Notes under the pieces: generated by a model
Databases searched by the model: none
Seen by the model: the letters and a program-made list of their open reading frames with translations, nothing else
What the model was told of the DNA's origin: nothing
Assembly: GCA_964388155.1 (NCBI GenBank)
Contig: CAYLYH010000003.1
Location: 24,268-88,267, forward strand
Source: an uncultured bacterium
GTDB taxonomy: Bacteria > Fidelibacterota > Marinisomatia > Marinisomatales > JACNKV01
Length of the DNA stretch: 64,000 nt
Reading direction: 5' to 3'
Translations under genes and position numbers: made by a program
Part shown: positions 35,489-43,727 of the stretch, piece after piece
Numbering within the stretch: the stretch's first letter is position 1
How the letters are laid out: each line of letters starts with the position of its first letter

Positions 35489-38400
35489 ATGTCGGCCTTC
35501 TTAGGTGTGTTGAAAAAAATTACAAGTGGATTGTTCCTTTTTGCCGGTATCGCCATTTTTTCAAGCAGTGCTTCCGGACAAAAATACAACGATTGGTTTA
35601 ATTCAATGTTCGTTGAAAGTAGCGCTGCGGAACAGCGTCTTCCGGAAATTGACGATGTTTATGGCGTCGGGTTTCGGGATATTAATCAAGACGGTTATGC
35701 CGATTTGTACCTCACGCGGTTTCGAGACATCAATCGTCTATTTATCTACTCAAAAAAATCCGGGCAGTTTTTGGATAAAACCATCCCAACCGGTCTGGGT
35801 GGGAACCTCTATCCCCGTGGAATAAAAAACCTTGAACTTGGTGCCTCCGTTGTGGATTTTAATAATGATGGGGTTCGGGATGTCATGATCACCGGGTGGG
35901 GAATAACGACCCGCCTGTTTAAACAATCAGTTCGGCTTCGTTTTCAGGATATTACCGCTCTCTCCGGGATTGAAAAAACCATCAGCGGGAACGCCTCCGC
36001 TTGGGGTGATGTCAATCTTGACGGGTGGCTTGATGTGTTTATTACAAATGAGCATGGACGTAACTCGCTATATCTACAGAACAAAAACGGACAGTTTTCC
36101 GACCTCACGTCTGCGTATAATTTAACGAAAGAAAAAATTAGCCAGGGTGCCGGTTTTGCCGATATTGATATGGATGGCTACACCGATCTTTATGTCTGTA
36201 ATTGGTTGTCGCCGGATGAACTTTACCGTAATATTAACGGAATGTCTTTTGAACAGATATTTCTGCCGATCTCACATCTTCAGGATTCGCTGAACAGCAA
36301 CGGGGTTTGCTTCGGCGATGTGGATAATGACGGAGACGTCGATCTGCTGGTTACAGACAGAAACGGAAAAAATAGCTTATACCGAAATGATTTCGATTCA
36401 TCCAATGATAAATTTGCTTTTACCGACATTACAGTTTCTTCCGGCGTTGTCAACCCGCGCCCGGCGTATTCCGGATTGATCGCAGATATTGACAATAACG
36501 GTTGGCAGGATATCGTTTTTACAAACATTGGTGCTAATGCTCTCTGCATCAATACCGGTAACGGAACATTCGAAACCACCTTAATTGACCCGGAAATAAA
36601 TACGCATTACAGTACCGGAGCGGCCGTTGCTGATTTTGATCAGGACGGAGATTTGGATCTGTTTATTTCCAATAAAGACACTGCCAGCATTCTCTATGAA
36701 AACCACGGACAAAAATACTCTTCTATTCGGATTAAGGCAGAGGGCGTGTTTAGTAATCGCGATGGAATCGGAACTAAAGTTTGGCTTTACAAAATTTCTG
36801 AGGAAAATGAGCCAGGTACGCTCATCGGTTATCGTGAAATTTCCGGTGGGTCTGGTTATTTATCCACAGGGGAAAACATTGCCCATTTTGGTGTGCCGGC
36901 AGAAGGAAGATTTCGTGCCAGAATTTTGTTCCCGTCCGGAGAGGAGGTGTTGCGAACAAATATCCTAAAAGGAGACCGACTTTTTGTCTCCGAACTAGAC
37001 GGGGTGTACAAAACCGGCATAAGACTCAAACAAACAATTTCCAACCAGTTGGTGCGCGCCGAATTTTGGATGGCATTTTTATTATTACTTGCGCTTGTTG
37101 GAATGATTGGCGGTTCAACCACATTGTTTTTGAAACGATATCACTGGTCACATAGGCAAATAGGGATTTTTCTTTCTGTCATCCTGATTGTTTTATTTCT
37201 CCTTTACGCGGTTTTCAAAGGAAAATCCACTCTTTATGTATTGGGTGCTCAAACTATTACTGTTAGCCTTGGATTGATTATCACCTCAGTCGTCATGGAA
37301 TACATACTTTCCCTCAAAAAGAAACGGTACGGATATCGTAAAGCTCTGTACCAGTTTTCCGAACAATTAATATTCATTCGTGAAAATAAAAAATTATTTG
37401 AACAGCTTTCGCAAATGATTTACCGCACGATGCACCCTGACTTCTGCTCAATTTTTATGATACAGGATGAAATCGCCCTTTCCGTGTTCACTGCCGGAAA
37501 CGCCAATAATCTTCCGAAAACGATAAACCTCAGTATAGAACAGAAAAATGTTCTTCTCTCCACCAAAACCATTACTAAAGACTTTCTTACGTATGATTTT
37601 TCTGAGCTTTCAGATGTCGGTTGTTGTGTAATTGTCCCAATCGTGAGAAATGATACGGCGCTTGCATTTCTGACCACAGGAGTGTTAAAAAACAATCGAG
37701 ATTACGACACCGAAGATTTGAATACTTTGGTCATCCTTGCTAATCAGGCAGCATTAGCAGTGGAAAACAATAATTTCATCGAAAAAACCCGCGAACTCAC
37801 ACGGCAAATTACCGAAACAGAAACGCAGGAAAAATATATTTCTATGCTGGAAAATCAAAATACCACCTTGGAGTCGCTGTACTCTGAACTCAAAGAGACT
37901 CAGTCCCAACTTGTTCACAGCGAAAAAATGTCCAGCCTTGGACAGTTGGTTGCCGGTGTTGCTCATGAGCTGAATAACCCTATCGGATTTATTTATGGAA
38001 ACATGCGTGAACTTCAAAATTATATCACGAAATTGAAAGACCCGGACAAGGTCTCCGATGAACAGGAACTAACATTTATCAAAGAGGATGTGGATGCACT
38101 CATCAGTGAAACACTGGATGGATCAACGCGGGTTAAACAAATTGTTGAAGACCTTCGCAATTTTTCACGTTTGGACGAAGCAGAGCTTAAAAAAGCAGAT
38201 ATCCATGATGGAATTAATTCGACACTCTCCATTCTAAAAAAAGAAATCGGGGATTCCATCGTCATCCATAAAAACTACGGGGATATCCCGAATATTGAAT
38301 GCATGCCCGGTCAGTTGAATCAGGTGTTTATGAATCTTTTGCAAAATGCTATCCATGCCGTTAAAGGACAGGGGAATATTTATATTGAAACCAAGCTCAT

Positions 38401-38629
38401 TGATAATTCGGTATTTATTACAATTACCGATGATGGAATCGGTATCTCTGAAAAGGAAATCGGAAAAATATTTGAACCCTTCTTCACGACCAAAGATGTC
38501 GGTAAAGGCACCGGGCTTGGATTGAGTATCAGCTACAAGATTATCGAAAATCATGGTGGTACGCTATCTGTGACCAGCCAAAAAGGAAAAGGAACAACCT
38601 TCACAATAAAAATCCCTAAAAACCAATAG
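35489..38629 (+). CDS. Sensor histidine kinase with periplasmic FG-GAP/VCBS repeats plus an UnbV/ASPIC-like module
   Basis: Seven DxDxDGxxD(L/V) repeats. SNRDGIGTKVWLY...EISGGSGYLS. 3 TM, a GAF-like segment, HisKA VAHELNNP, HATPase NLLQNAIHA / DDGIGI / GTGLGLSI. Confidence 0.85.
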   Translation: MSAFLGVLKKITSGLFLFAGIAIFSSSASGQKYNDWFNSMFVESSAAEQRLPEIDDVYGVGFRDINQDGYADLYLTRFRDINRLFIYSKKSGQFLDKTIPTGLGGNLYPRGIKNLELGASVVDFNNDGVRDVMITGWGITTRLFKQSVRLRFQDITALSGIEKTISGNASAWGDVNLDGWLDVFITNEHGRNSLYLQNKNGQFSDLTSAYNLTKEKISQGAGFADIDMDGYTDLYVCNWLSPDELYRNINGMSFEQIFLPISHLQDSLNSNGVCFGDVDNDGDVDLLVTDRNGKNSLYRNDFDSSNDKFAFTDITVSSGVVNPRPAYSGLIADIDNNGWQDIVFTNIGANALCINTGNGTFETTLIDPEINTHYSTGAAVADFDQDGDLDLFISNKDTASILYENHGQKYSSIRIKAEGVFSNRDGIGTKVWLYKISEENEPGTLIGYREISGGSGYLSTGENIAHFGVPAEGRFRARILFPSGEEVLRTNILKGDRLFVSELDGVYKTGIRLKQTISNQLVRAEFWMAFLLLLALVGMIGGSTTLFLKRYHWSHRQIGIFLSVILIVLFLLYAVFKGKSTLYVLGAQTITVSLGLIITSVVMEYILSLKKKRYGYRKALYQFSEQLIFIRENKKLFEQLSQMIYRTMHPDFCSIFMIQDEIALSVFTAGNANNLPKTINLSIEQKNVLLSTKTITKDFLTYDFSELSDVGCCVIVPIVRNDTALAFLTTGVLKNNRDYDTEDLNTLVILANQAALAVENNNFIEKTRELTRQITETETQEKYISMLENQNTTLESLYSELKETQSQLVHSEKMSSLGQLVAGVAHELNNPIGFIYGNMRELQNYITKLKDPDKVSDEQELTFIKEDVDALISETLDGSTRVKQIVEDLRNFSRLDEAELKKADIHDGINSTLSILKKEIGDSIVIHKNYGDIPNIECMPGQLNQVFMNLLQNAIHAVKGQGNIYIETKLIDNSVFITITDDGIGISEKEIGKIFEPFFTTKDVGKGTGLGLSISYKIIENHGGTLSVTSQKGKGTTFTIKIPKNQ

Positions 38630-38667
38630 ACACGAAGCGCACGAAGAAACACTAAGAAAAAACTATT

Positions 38668-40098
38668 ATGAATGAGCCTGAATACAAACCAAAGATTTTA
38701 ATCATTGATGACGAGCAGTCCGTGCTTAATTCACTTAACCGAACTTTACGACACAATTTTGATGTGCTGTTGTCATTAAGCGGAGACGCAGGGCTTCAAC
38801 TCCTGCGGGAACAGGAAATATCCGTTATTCTTGCCGACCAGCGGATGCCAAAAATGTCCGGTGTGAGGTTTTTCCAAAAAGCACAAACCATCCAACCGGA
38901 TGCGGAACGAATTTTGATCACCGGGTATTCGGATATCGAAGCGGTCATTGTCGCAATCAATTCGGCAAATGTTTTTTACTATATTCATAAACCTTGGGAG
39001 CCGGATGCGTTGCGCATTATTGTGAAACGTGCCGCTGATCACTATCGATTAGTTCAGGAAAATCGCTCTCTGATGAGTAAGCTTCAGCAAACCAACCAAA
39101 CACTTCAAAACGAAAATACGCTGTATAACCAAGAGCTTCAAAAACACTATCAGTTTGATCAGATTATTGGAAAAAGTCCGGCGATGGAGGCTGTCTTTGA
39201 CCTCATGCGCAAAGTGATACCGACCGACGCAACCGTATTGCTGCAGGGTGAAACCGGCACCGGAAAGGAGCTGGTTGCCCGCGCCATCCATTTCAGTGGG
39301 CCGCGAAAGAAAAAACCGTTCGTAACACAAAACTGCGCCGCTCTCCCAGATACACTTCTCGAAAGCACTTTATTCGGACATAAAAAGGGGGCTTTTACAG
39401 ATGCGGTGGCAAACAAAAAAGGACTGTTTGAATTGGCGGATGGCGGTACGATTTTCTTGGACGAAGTTGCTGATATGTCCCCCGCCATGCAGCAGCGTTT
39501 ATTGAGGGTACTGCAAGAAGGGGAGATTCAACCTCTTGGTTCTGAGAAAATTAAAACAGTGGATGTTCGCATTATTTCCGCAACCCATCATACTTTACTC
39601 GAGGATGTAAAAACCGGAAATTTTAGGGAAGATCTGTTTTACCGACTCAATGTTTTTCCCATTACGTTGCCGGCATTACGTAACCGCCGGGAGGACATTC
39701 CGCGGCTGGTTAATCACTTTGTAAAAAAATCCGCTTTGCGAATGGGGAAAAACATCACCTCTGTTTCGGCTGAAAGTATGGCAAGGCTTGTGAATATGGA
39801 TTTCCCGGGAAATATCCGTGAGCTGGAAAATATGATTGAACGTGCCGTTGTGCTTGCCGAGAATAACACCGTTCTTTCTTTTGACAAAGAAGACACACCT
39901 GCGTCACACATTTTATTTCCGTCGGATACTTCAGCAGAACTTAAACTCAGCGAATTGACGGACAATATCGAAAAACAATACATCAAAAAAACGCTGACAA
40001 ACTGCAAAGGAAATATCAGTAAAACCGCAAAGATTCTTGGGCTTAGCCGCGCGGGTTTATATAAAAAAATGAAACGTCTTGAACTGATAAGTAGTTGA
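38668..40098 (+). CDS. Sigma-54-dependent response regulator (NtrC family)
   Basis: REC domain (IIDDE, ILADQRMP). AAA+ GETGTGKELVARAIH, with GAFTDA in place of GAFTGA. C-terminal Fis-type HTH ISKTAKILGLSRAGLYKKMKRL. Confidence 0.9.
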   Translation: MNEPEYKPKILIIDDEQSVLNSLNRTLRHNFDVLLSLSGDAGLQLLREQEISVILADQRMPKMSGVRFFQKAQTIQPDAERILITGYSDIEAVIVAINSANVFYYIHKPWEPDALRIIVKRAADHYRLVQENRSLMSKLQQTNQTLQNENTLYNQELQKHYQFDQIIGKSPAMEAVFDLMRKVIPTDATVLLQGETGTGKELVARAIHFSGPRKKKPFVTQNCAALPDTLLESTLFGHKKGAFTDAVANKKGLFELADGGTIFLDEVADMSPAMQQRLLRVLQEGEIQPLGSEKIKTVDVRIISATHHTLLEDVKTGNFREDLFYRLNVFPITLPALRNRREDIPRLVNHFVKKSALRMGKNITSVSAESMARLVNMDFPGNIRELENMIERAVVLAENNTVLSFDKEDTPASHILFPSDTSAELKLSELTDNIEKQYIKKTLTNCKGNISKTAKILGLSRAGLYKKMKRLELISS

Positions 40099-40485
40099 TT
40101 GCCTGTCCGCCCCATGGCTGGGTGAGTGGTAATTGGTGAATTTGTTATTGTCGTAACGTAGGGCCTGCCCGACAAAGAATGCAGGCGGGAAGACCCCGTG
40201 TTTTTTACGGGAGTGAGAACACAACCTTTTTTTAAGGACACGTTGTCCTGTAAAATAAATGACATTTGCAGGATAAAGTGTTTTGCTTCAGGGTTGTCTT
40301 TTTGAATATCATTTCTTCACCTTGGCAAGGTTGCAACAATAAATTAATATGTCTACTCTGTAGACTAGTTTATATGTGTATATGTATACTATGTTTACAT
40401 TGTGTTGTTTGTAAAATAACACGGGTATCCTATTATCTCTCTATTGAGCAGCGTGTTATGGTGCTTTCTAGGTTTATTTTAACTT

Positions 40486-40501
40486 TGGCATATTTATTGC
40501 G
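40486..40501 (+). promoter_or_regulatory. Sigma-54 (-24/-12) promoter TGGCATatttaTTGCg
   Basis: GG at 40487-88 and GC at 40499-500, with exact consensus spacing. Lies 34 nt upstream of the ATG at 40535 and 388 nt downstream of the activator gene. Confidence 0.65.
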
Positions 40502-40534
40502 TCTAACTAAGGTGAAGGAATCACAGGATTTACA

Positions 40535-41566
40535 ATGAATACAAAAACCATATTACAAACCCTCGTTTTTTTCGCAGTGTTTTTAACTCTACAGGGGTGC
40601 TACACTCAGCTTGCTACACACAATGTCGTTCAGGTTCAAAATCGGCCTGATCCTCGCCCGGTTAAACCAATTGGAGACCTGACTGACACTGTTGCTGTCG
40701 ATTACGCTAACGCTGAAATCAACGAATACCATTATCATTTTTATGATCGGGATAATTCCTGCTTCGGCGGCTGCCCTGATTATTACGAAGCGGATTATTA
40801 TGTAAACATCAATTTGGGTTACGATTATTACCGGTACAGACCTTATCCGCGCCAGCCCTGGCGCTGGAGCTACAGCCGTTATTATTGGGATTATCCATAT
40901 TATTACGCACATTATTACGATCCCCATTACTACGACTACGGCTGGGGCTACAACGGATACTGGAGTTACCATCCTTACAATTCGTGGCATTACGGCGGTT
41001 ATTATTACGGCGATTCTCCTGACAACGAAAAACGTGACTGGAACCGCCGCGGTGACAACCTGACCGACAGAACAATTCAGCGCCCGACGCAAACAAATTC
41101 CCCTTCCGGGAGTTCATTAAACAACATCATGGCTCCGGTTTCGAGTACGCCTGCCACCCCCGGAAATTCACGAACGGTAATTCGTTCAAAAGATAAAGAT
41201 GACAGTAAATCTGACACAGGAAAGAAAAAACGCCACTCCGTTCGCAGATCAAAAAGTACGAAACGCGGGTCAAGCCACGACAGTACCAAACCGAAAGAAG
41301 TAAAAAAAACCCGCAGTTCAAGCCGGGATGAGCCAAAACCAAGCAACAACTCCCGTACGCGCAACAAGGCCTCTCACAAACGGCATTCCTCATCGGCGTA
41401 CAGCAATTTCGAAAAAGCAGTATCGTTTGCTGCCACAGTATCAAAATCGGTAAAAAACTCTTCACACACATCAAAAATCACGAAGACGAAAAAACGCTCA
41501 TCCTCCGGCAGCAGTAAAAAGAGTTCCCGGAATCGCTCGGAATCAAAGCGCTCTGTCCGCCGTTAA
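40535..41566 (+). CDS. Lipoprotein with a Tyr/Trp/His-rich domain and a Ser/Lys/Arg-rich polybasic tail, unknown function
   Basis: Signal plus lipobox FLTLQGC. About 32 Tyr in about 105 residues (YYVNINLGYDYYRYRPY...YGGYYYG). The last about 170 aa are dominated by S, K and R. Confidence 0.7.
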   Translation: MNTKTILQTLVFFAVFLTLQGCYTQLATHNVVQVQNRPDPRPVKPIGDLTDTVAVDYANAEINEYHYHFYDRDNSCFGGCPDYYEADYYVNINLGYDYYRYRPYPRQPWRWSYSRYYWDYPYYYAHYYDPHYYDYGWGYNGYWSYHPYNSWHYGGYYYGDSPDNEKRDWNRRGDNLTDRTIQRPTQTNSPSGSSLNNIMAPVSSTPATPGNSRTVIRSKDKDDSKSDTGKKKRHSVRRSKSTKRGSSHDSTKPKEVKKTRSSSRDEPKPSNNSRTRNKASHKRHSSSAYSNFEKAVSFAATVSKSVKNSSHTSKITKTKKRSSSGSSKKSSRNRSESKRSVRR

Positions 41567-41587
41567 TTATCACCTAGAAAGACCGAC

Positions 41588-42958
41588 ATGAAAACACACA
41601 ATTTATTATTAAGTACCCTCTTTATCTCAATGTCTTTTATCTCCGCTCAAAACGCCTATGATGCCATTCATCTCTCAGAAAGCGAATTCGGATTTGGCAC
41701 AAAAGCCCTGGGGATGGGCGGTGCTTTCACCGGGCTTGCCGACGATTATTCCGCCATCTATTGGAATCCGGCCGGGCTTGGACAGCTCACCGACCCCACG
41801 CTTTATTCTGAGCTCACCCATTCCAACTTTTCCAATGATGCGCTCTACAACGATGAGCTTACATCCGACACGCGCAACTACACCCACTTTGGTTCGTTTG
41901 GATTTGTCCGCCCGGCAAAGACCACCCGCGGCAGTTTGGTGTTCGCCTTCGGGTACAACCGTATTCAGGATTTTGACAAGCATCTGATGTTCTCCGGCAC
42001 AGACAGTCTTTCGAACAATCTTGGGTTTGATATAGCAGTGAACGACAGTGTGTCCGAGTATTATCCTTTTGACATCAACGCATTCCGCTCTGAAGAAATG
42101 GTCACCGAAGGCGGTATCCATGAGTGGACAGCCGGTGGCGCTGTGATGCTCTCTCCTAATTTCACCATCGGATTAAGTGCCGCCCTGCGAAGCGGATCCG
42201 AAGATTATCGTCTTCACTATCAACAAACAGATATTGCCAACGTCTTTAACGAATATCCCGCCGATTATCACGCGTATTCTGTGAAAAACCTCCTTCAATC
42301 TGAATATACCTCATTGGTTTTAAAGATTGGCGGGATGTTCACCCTTGGGGAAAATCTTTCGTTGGGCGGGACAATCACCTTACCTTCTACTACTGCCATT
42401 GACGAAATTCACTCTACCGATGATGTGCTGACTTTTGATGACGGCTACGAAGACATTACAGAATCCACCGGACAGTTTGAATACCGCGTAAAAAAACCCT
42501 TTGTGTTTGACGGCGGACTTGCCCTCCGTACTCCGTGGGTGACTGTGTCGGGTTCGGCACGGTACCGTGATTGGTCTCAAATTCAATTCAAAGTTGATCG
42601 AAATGACTATGATGATGCGGACTACCGCGAGTTTTTGGATGAAAATGAAACCATCCGTCAAAACTACCAACCAACAGTGGAATATCGGCTGGGCGGAGAA
42701 TTGAGTATTATCCCGAAAGTAAAACTGCGCGGCGGATATGTGCTGATTCCGTCTCCGCTGAAACAAGCCATTGACGATGGAAACAAAGAATATTTTACCG
42801 GCGGGATCAGTCTTTTGCTGGATCGCTATGTCAGTCTGGACGCCACAATTATTACCGGAAAATGGCAGGAGAACTCATCAGATTCTTACACACCCGAAGG
42901 AACACAGGAAGATATTTCGGTTACAAAATTTATTGTGGGATTTTCTTATAGGTTTTGA
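41588..42958 (+). CDS. FadL/PorV-like outer-membrane beta-barrel
   Basis: Signal peptide. KALGMGGAFTGLADDYSAIYWNPAGLGQL motif. Alternating beta pattern. Ends FIVGFSYRF. Confidence 0.7.
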   Translation: MKTHNLLLSTLFISMSFISAQNAYDAIHLSESEFGFGTKALGMGGAFTGLADDYSAIYWNPAGLGQLTDPTLYSELTHSNFSNDALYNDELTSDTRNYTHFGSFGFVRPAKTTRGSLVFAFGYNRIQDFDKHLMFSGTDSLSNNLGFDIAVNDSVSEYYPFDINAFRSEEMVTEGGIHEWTAGGAVMLSPNFTIGLSAALRSGSEDYRLHYQQTDIANVFNEYPADYHAYSVKNLLQSEYTSLVLKIGGMFTLGENLSLGGTITLPSTTAIDEIHSTDDVLTFDDGYEDITESTGQFEYRVKKPFVFDGGLALRTPWVTVSGSARYRDWSQIQFKVDRNDYDDADYREFLDENETIRQNYQPTVEYRLGGELSIIPKVKLRGGYVLIPSPLKQAIDDGNKEYFTGGISLLLDRYVSLDATIITGKWQENSSDSYTPEGTQEDISVTKFIVGFSYRF

Positions 42959-43070
42959 TTTTTTTCCGCCACAGAGACACAGGGGGGGGTTATTTAGCCT
43001 TTCAAAGGTTTTTATCCAAAAAGCAGGCGGATAAAACAACCTTTGAATCGTTTTTTGTCCTCGGTGGGGT

Positions 43071-43427
43071 TTACATTGTGTTAAATAATTGCTCTATTTT
43101 TTCTTGAAGTATTATTGGTGTCGCCATTTGATTATGAGAGGGCAATTGAAATGTTGATGGTTTTTTCCAGTTTATTTTCATAAAATGAATTCCTTCAATT
43201 TGGTTTTTTCCAATTAAACCTTTTCCGTCAAAAACTTCTAATTTTAGATTATAATCCAATCTTGGAAAAGCATAACTCCACTCCATAATCGTAACCAAAT
43301 AAAAAATGTCAGCCCTACTTTCTGTGATGCGGGACATCACTTCTTTTTTTCTTAACCTTGGAGAAAACTTAATGGGCACGGCGTGCTTTGTTTCCTTTTT
43401 CAATGCGTTGGTTAGTCCTCTCGACAC
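43071..43427 (-). CDS. Hypothetical protein; possibly the C-terminal part of the upstream lipoprotein gene
   Basis: GTG start 3 nt after a TAG, in the same frame as 43431-43715. No SD. Confidence 0.4.
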   Translation of the reverse strand: MSRGLTNALKKETKHAVPIKFSPRLRKKEVMSRITESRADIFYLVTIMEWSYAFPRLDYNLKLEVFDGKGLIGKNQIEGIHFMKINWKKPSTFQLPSHNQMATPIILQEKIEQLFNTM

Positions 43428-43430
43428 TGC

Positions 43431-43715
43431 CTACGCAAGCGGCAAGGGTTCTGAATATACATACACCGGAAATAATAGGTCAATTACTGCTCCCCATCCA
43501 CGAGGTTTTCTACCGATAAACTTTTCCGATTTCTTTCCGCTAACTACATAATTTCGTCTATCTTGAACGCCTAATCCAATGCTAAATCCGATTTCTGTTT
43601 GGATACTTGGATTTATCTTGTCGTAGTGTTGAGGATAGTTGGAAACGGTACCACATCCCTGAAAAAGGACGAGGGAAAGGAGGATAAAATTAAAAGGCTT
43701 TATCACAGAACACAT
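43431..43715 (-). CDS. Small lipoprotein (possibly the N-terminal part of an interrupted gene)
   Basis: Signal plus lipobox LVLFQGC. Ends at a TAG at 43431-43433. Confidence 0.5.
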   Translation of the reverse strand: MCSVIKPFNFILLSLVLFQGCGTVSNYPQHYDKINPSIQTEIGFSIGLGVQDRRNYVVSGKKSEKFIGRKPRGWGAVIDLLFPVYVYSEPLPLA

Positions 43716-43727
43716 CTTAATAGTTTC

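Noticed and set aside
40321-40337. CTTGGCAAGGTTGCAAC looks like a second sigma-54 promoter (TGGCA...TTGCA).
   Set aside because: GG and GC are only 9 nt apart instead of 12, so it does not fit the -24/-12 geometry. The site at 40486-40501 does.
40266-40538. Listed 90-aa ORF (MQDKVFCFRVVF...).
   Set aside because: It covers the AT-rich promoter/enhancer region and the sigma-54 promoter. It is Cys/Leu-rich with no domain or signal logic. I judge it spurious.
42982-42989. G8 homopolymer between the convergent barrel and lipoprotein genes.
   Set aside because: It is intergenic, downstream of both genes, so a length change has no obvious coding or promoter effect. It is mentioned only under the G9 finding.
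42996-43050. GCCTTTCAAAGGTTTTT...AACCTTTGAA here and at 47864-47900, which could mark direct-repeat boundaries of an inserted island containing the giant surface protein.
   Set aside because: Each copy is itself a self-complementary hairpin (CCTTTCAAAGG pairs with CCTTTGAAAGG) placed after gene ends. They are better explained as terminator/REP-type hairpins than as target-site duplications or att sites.
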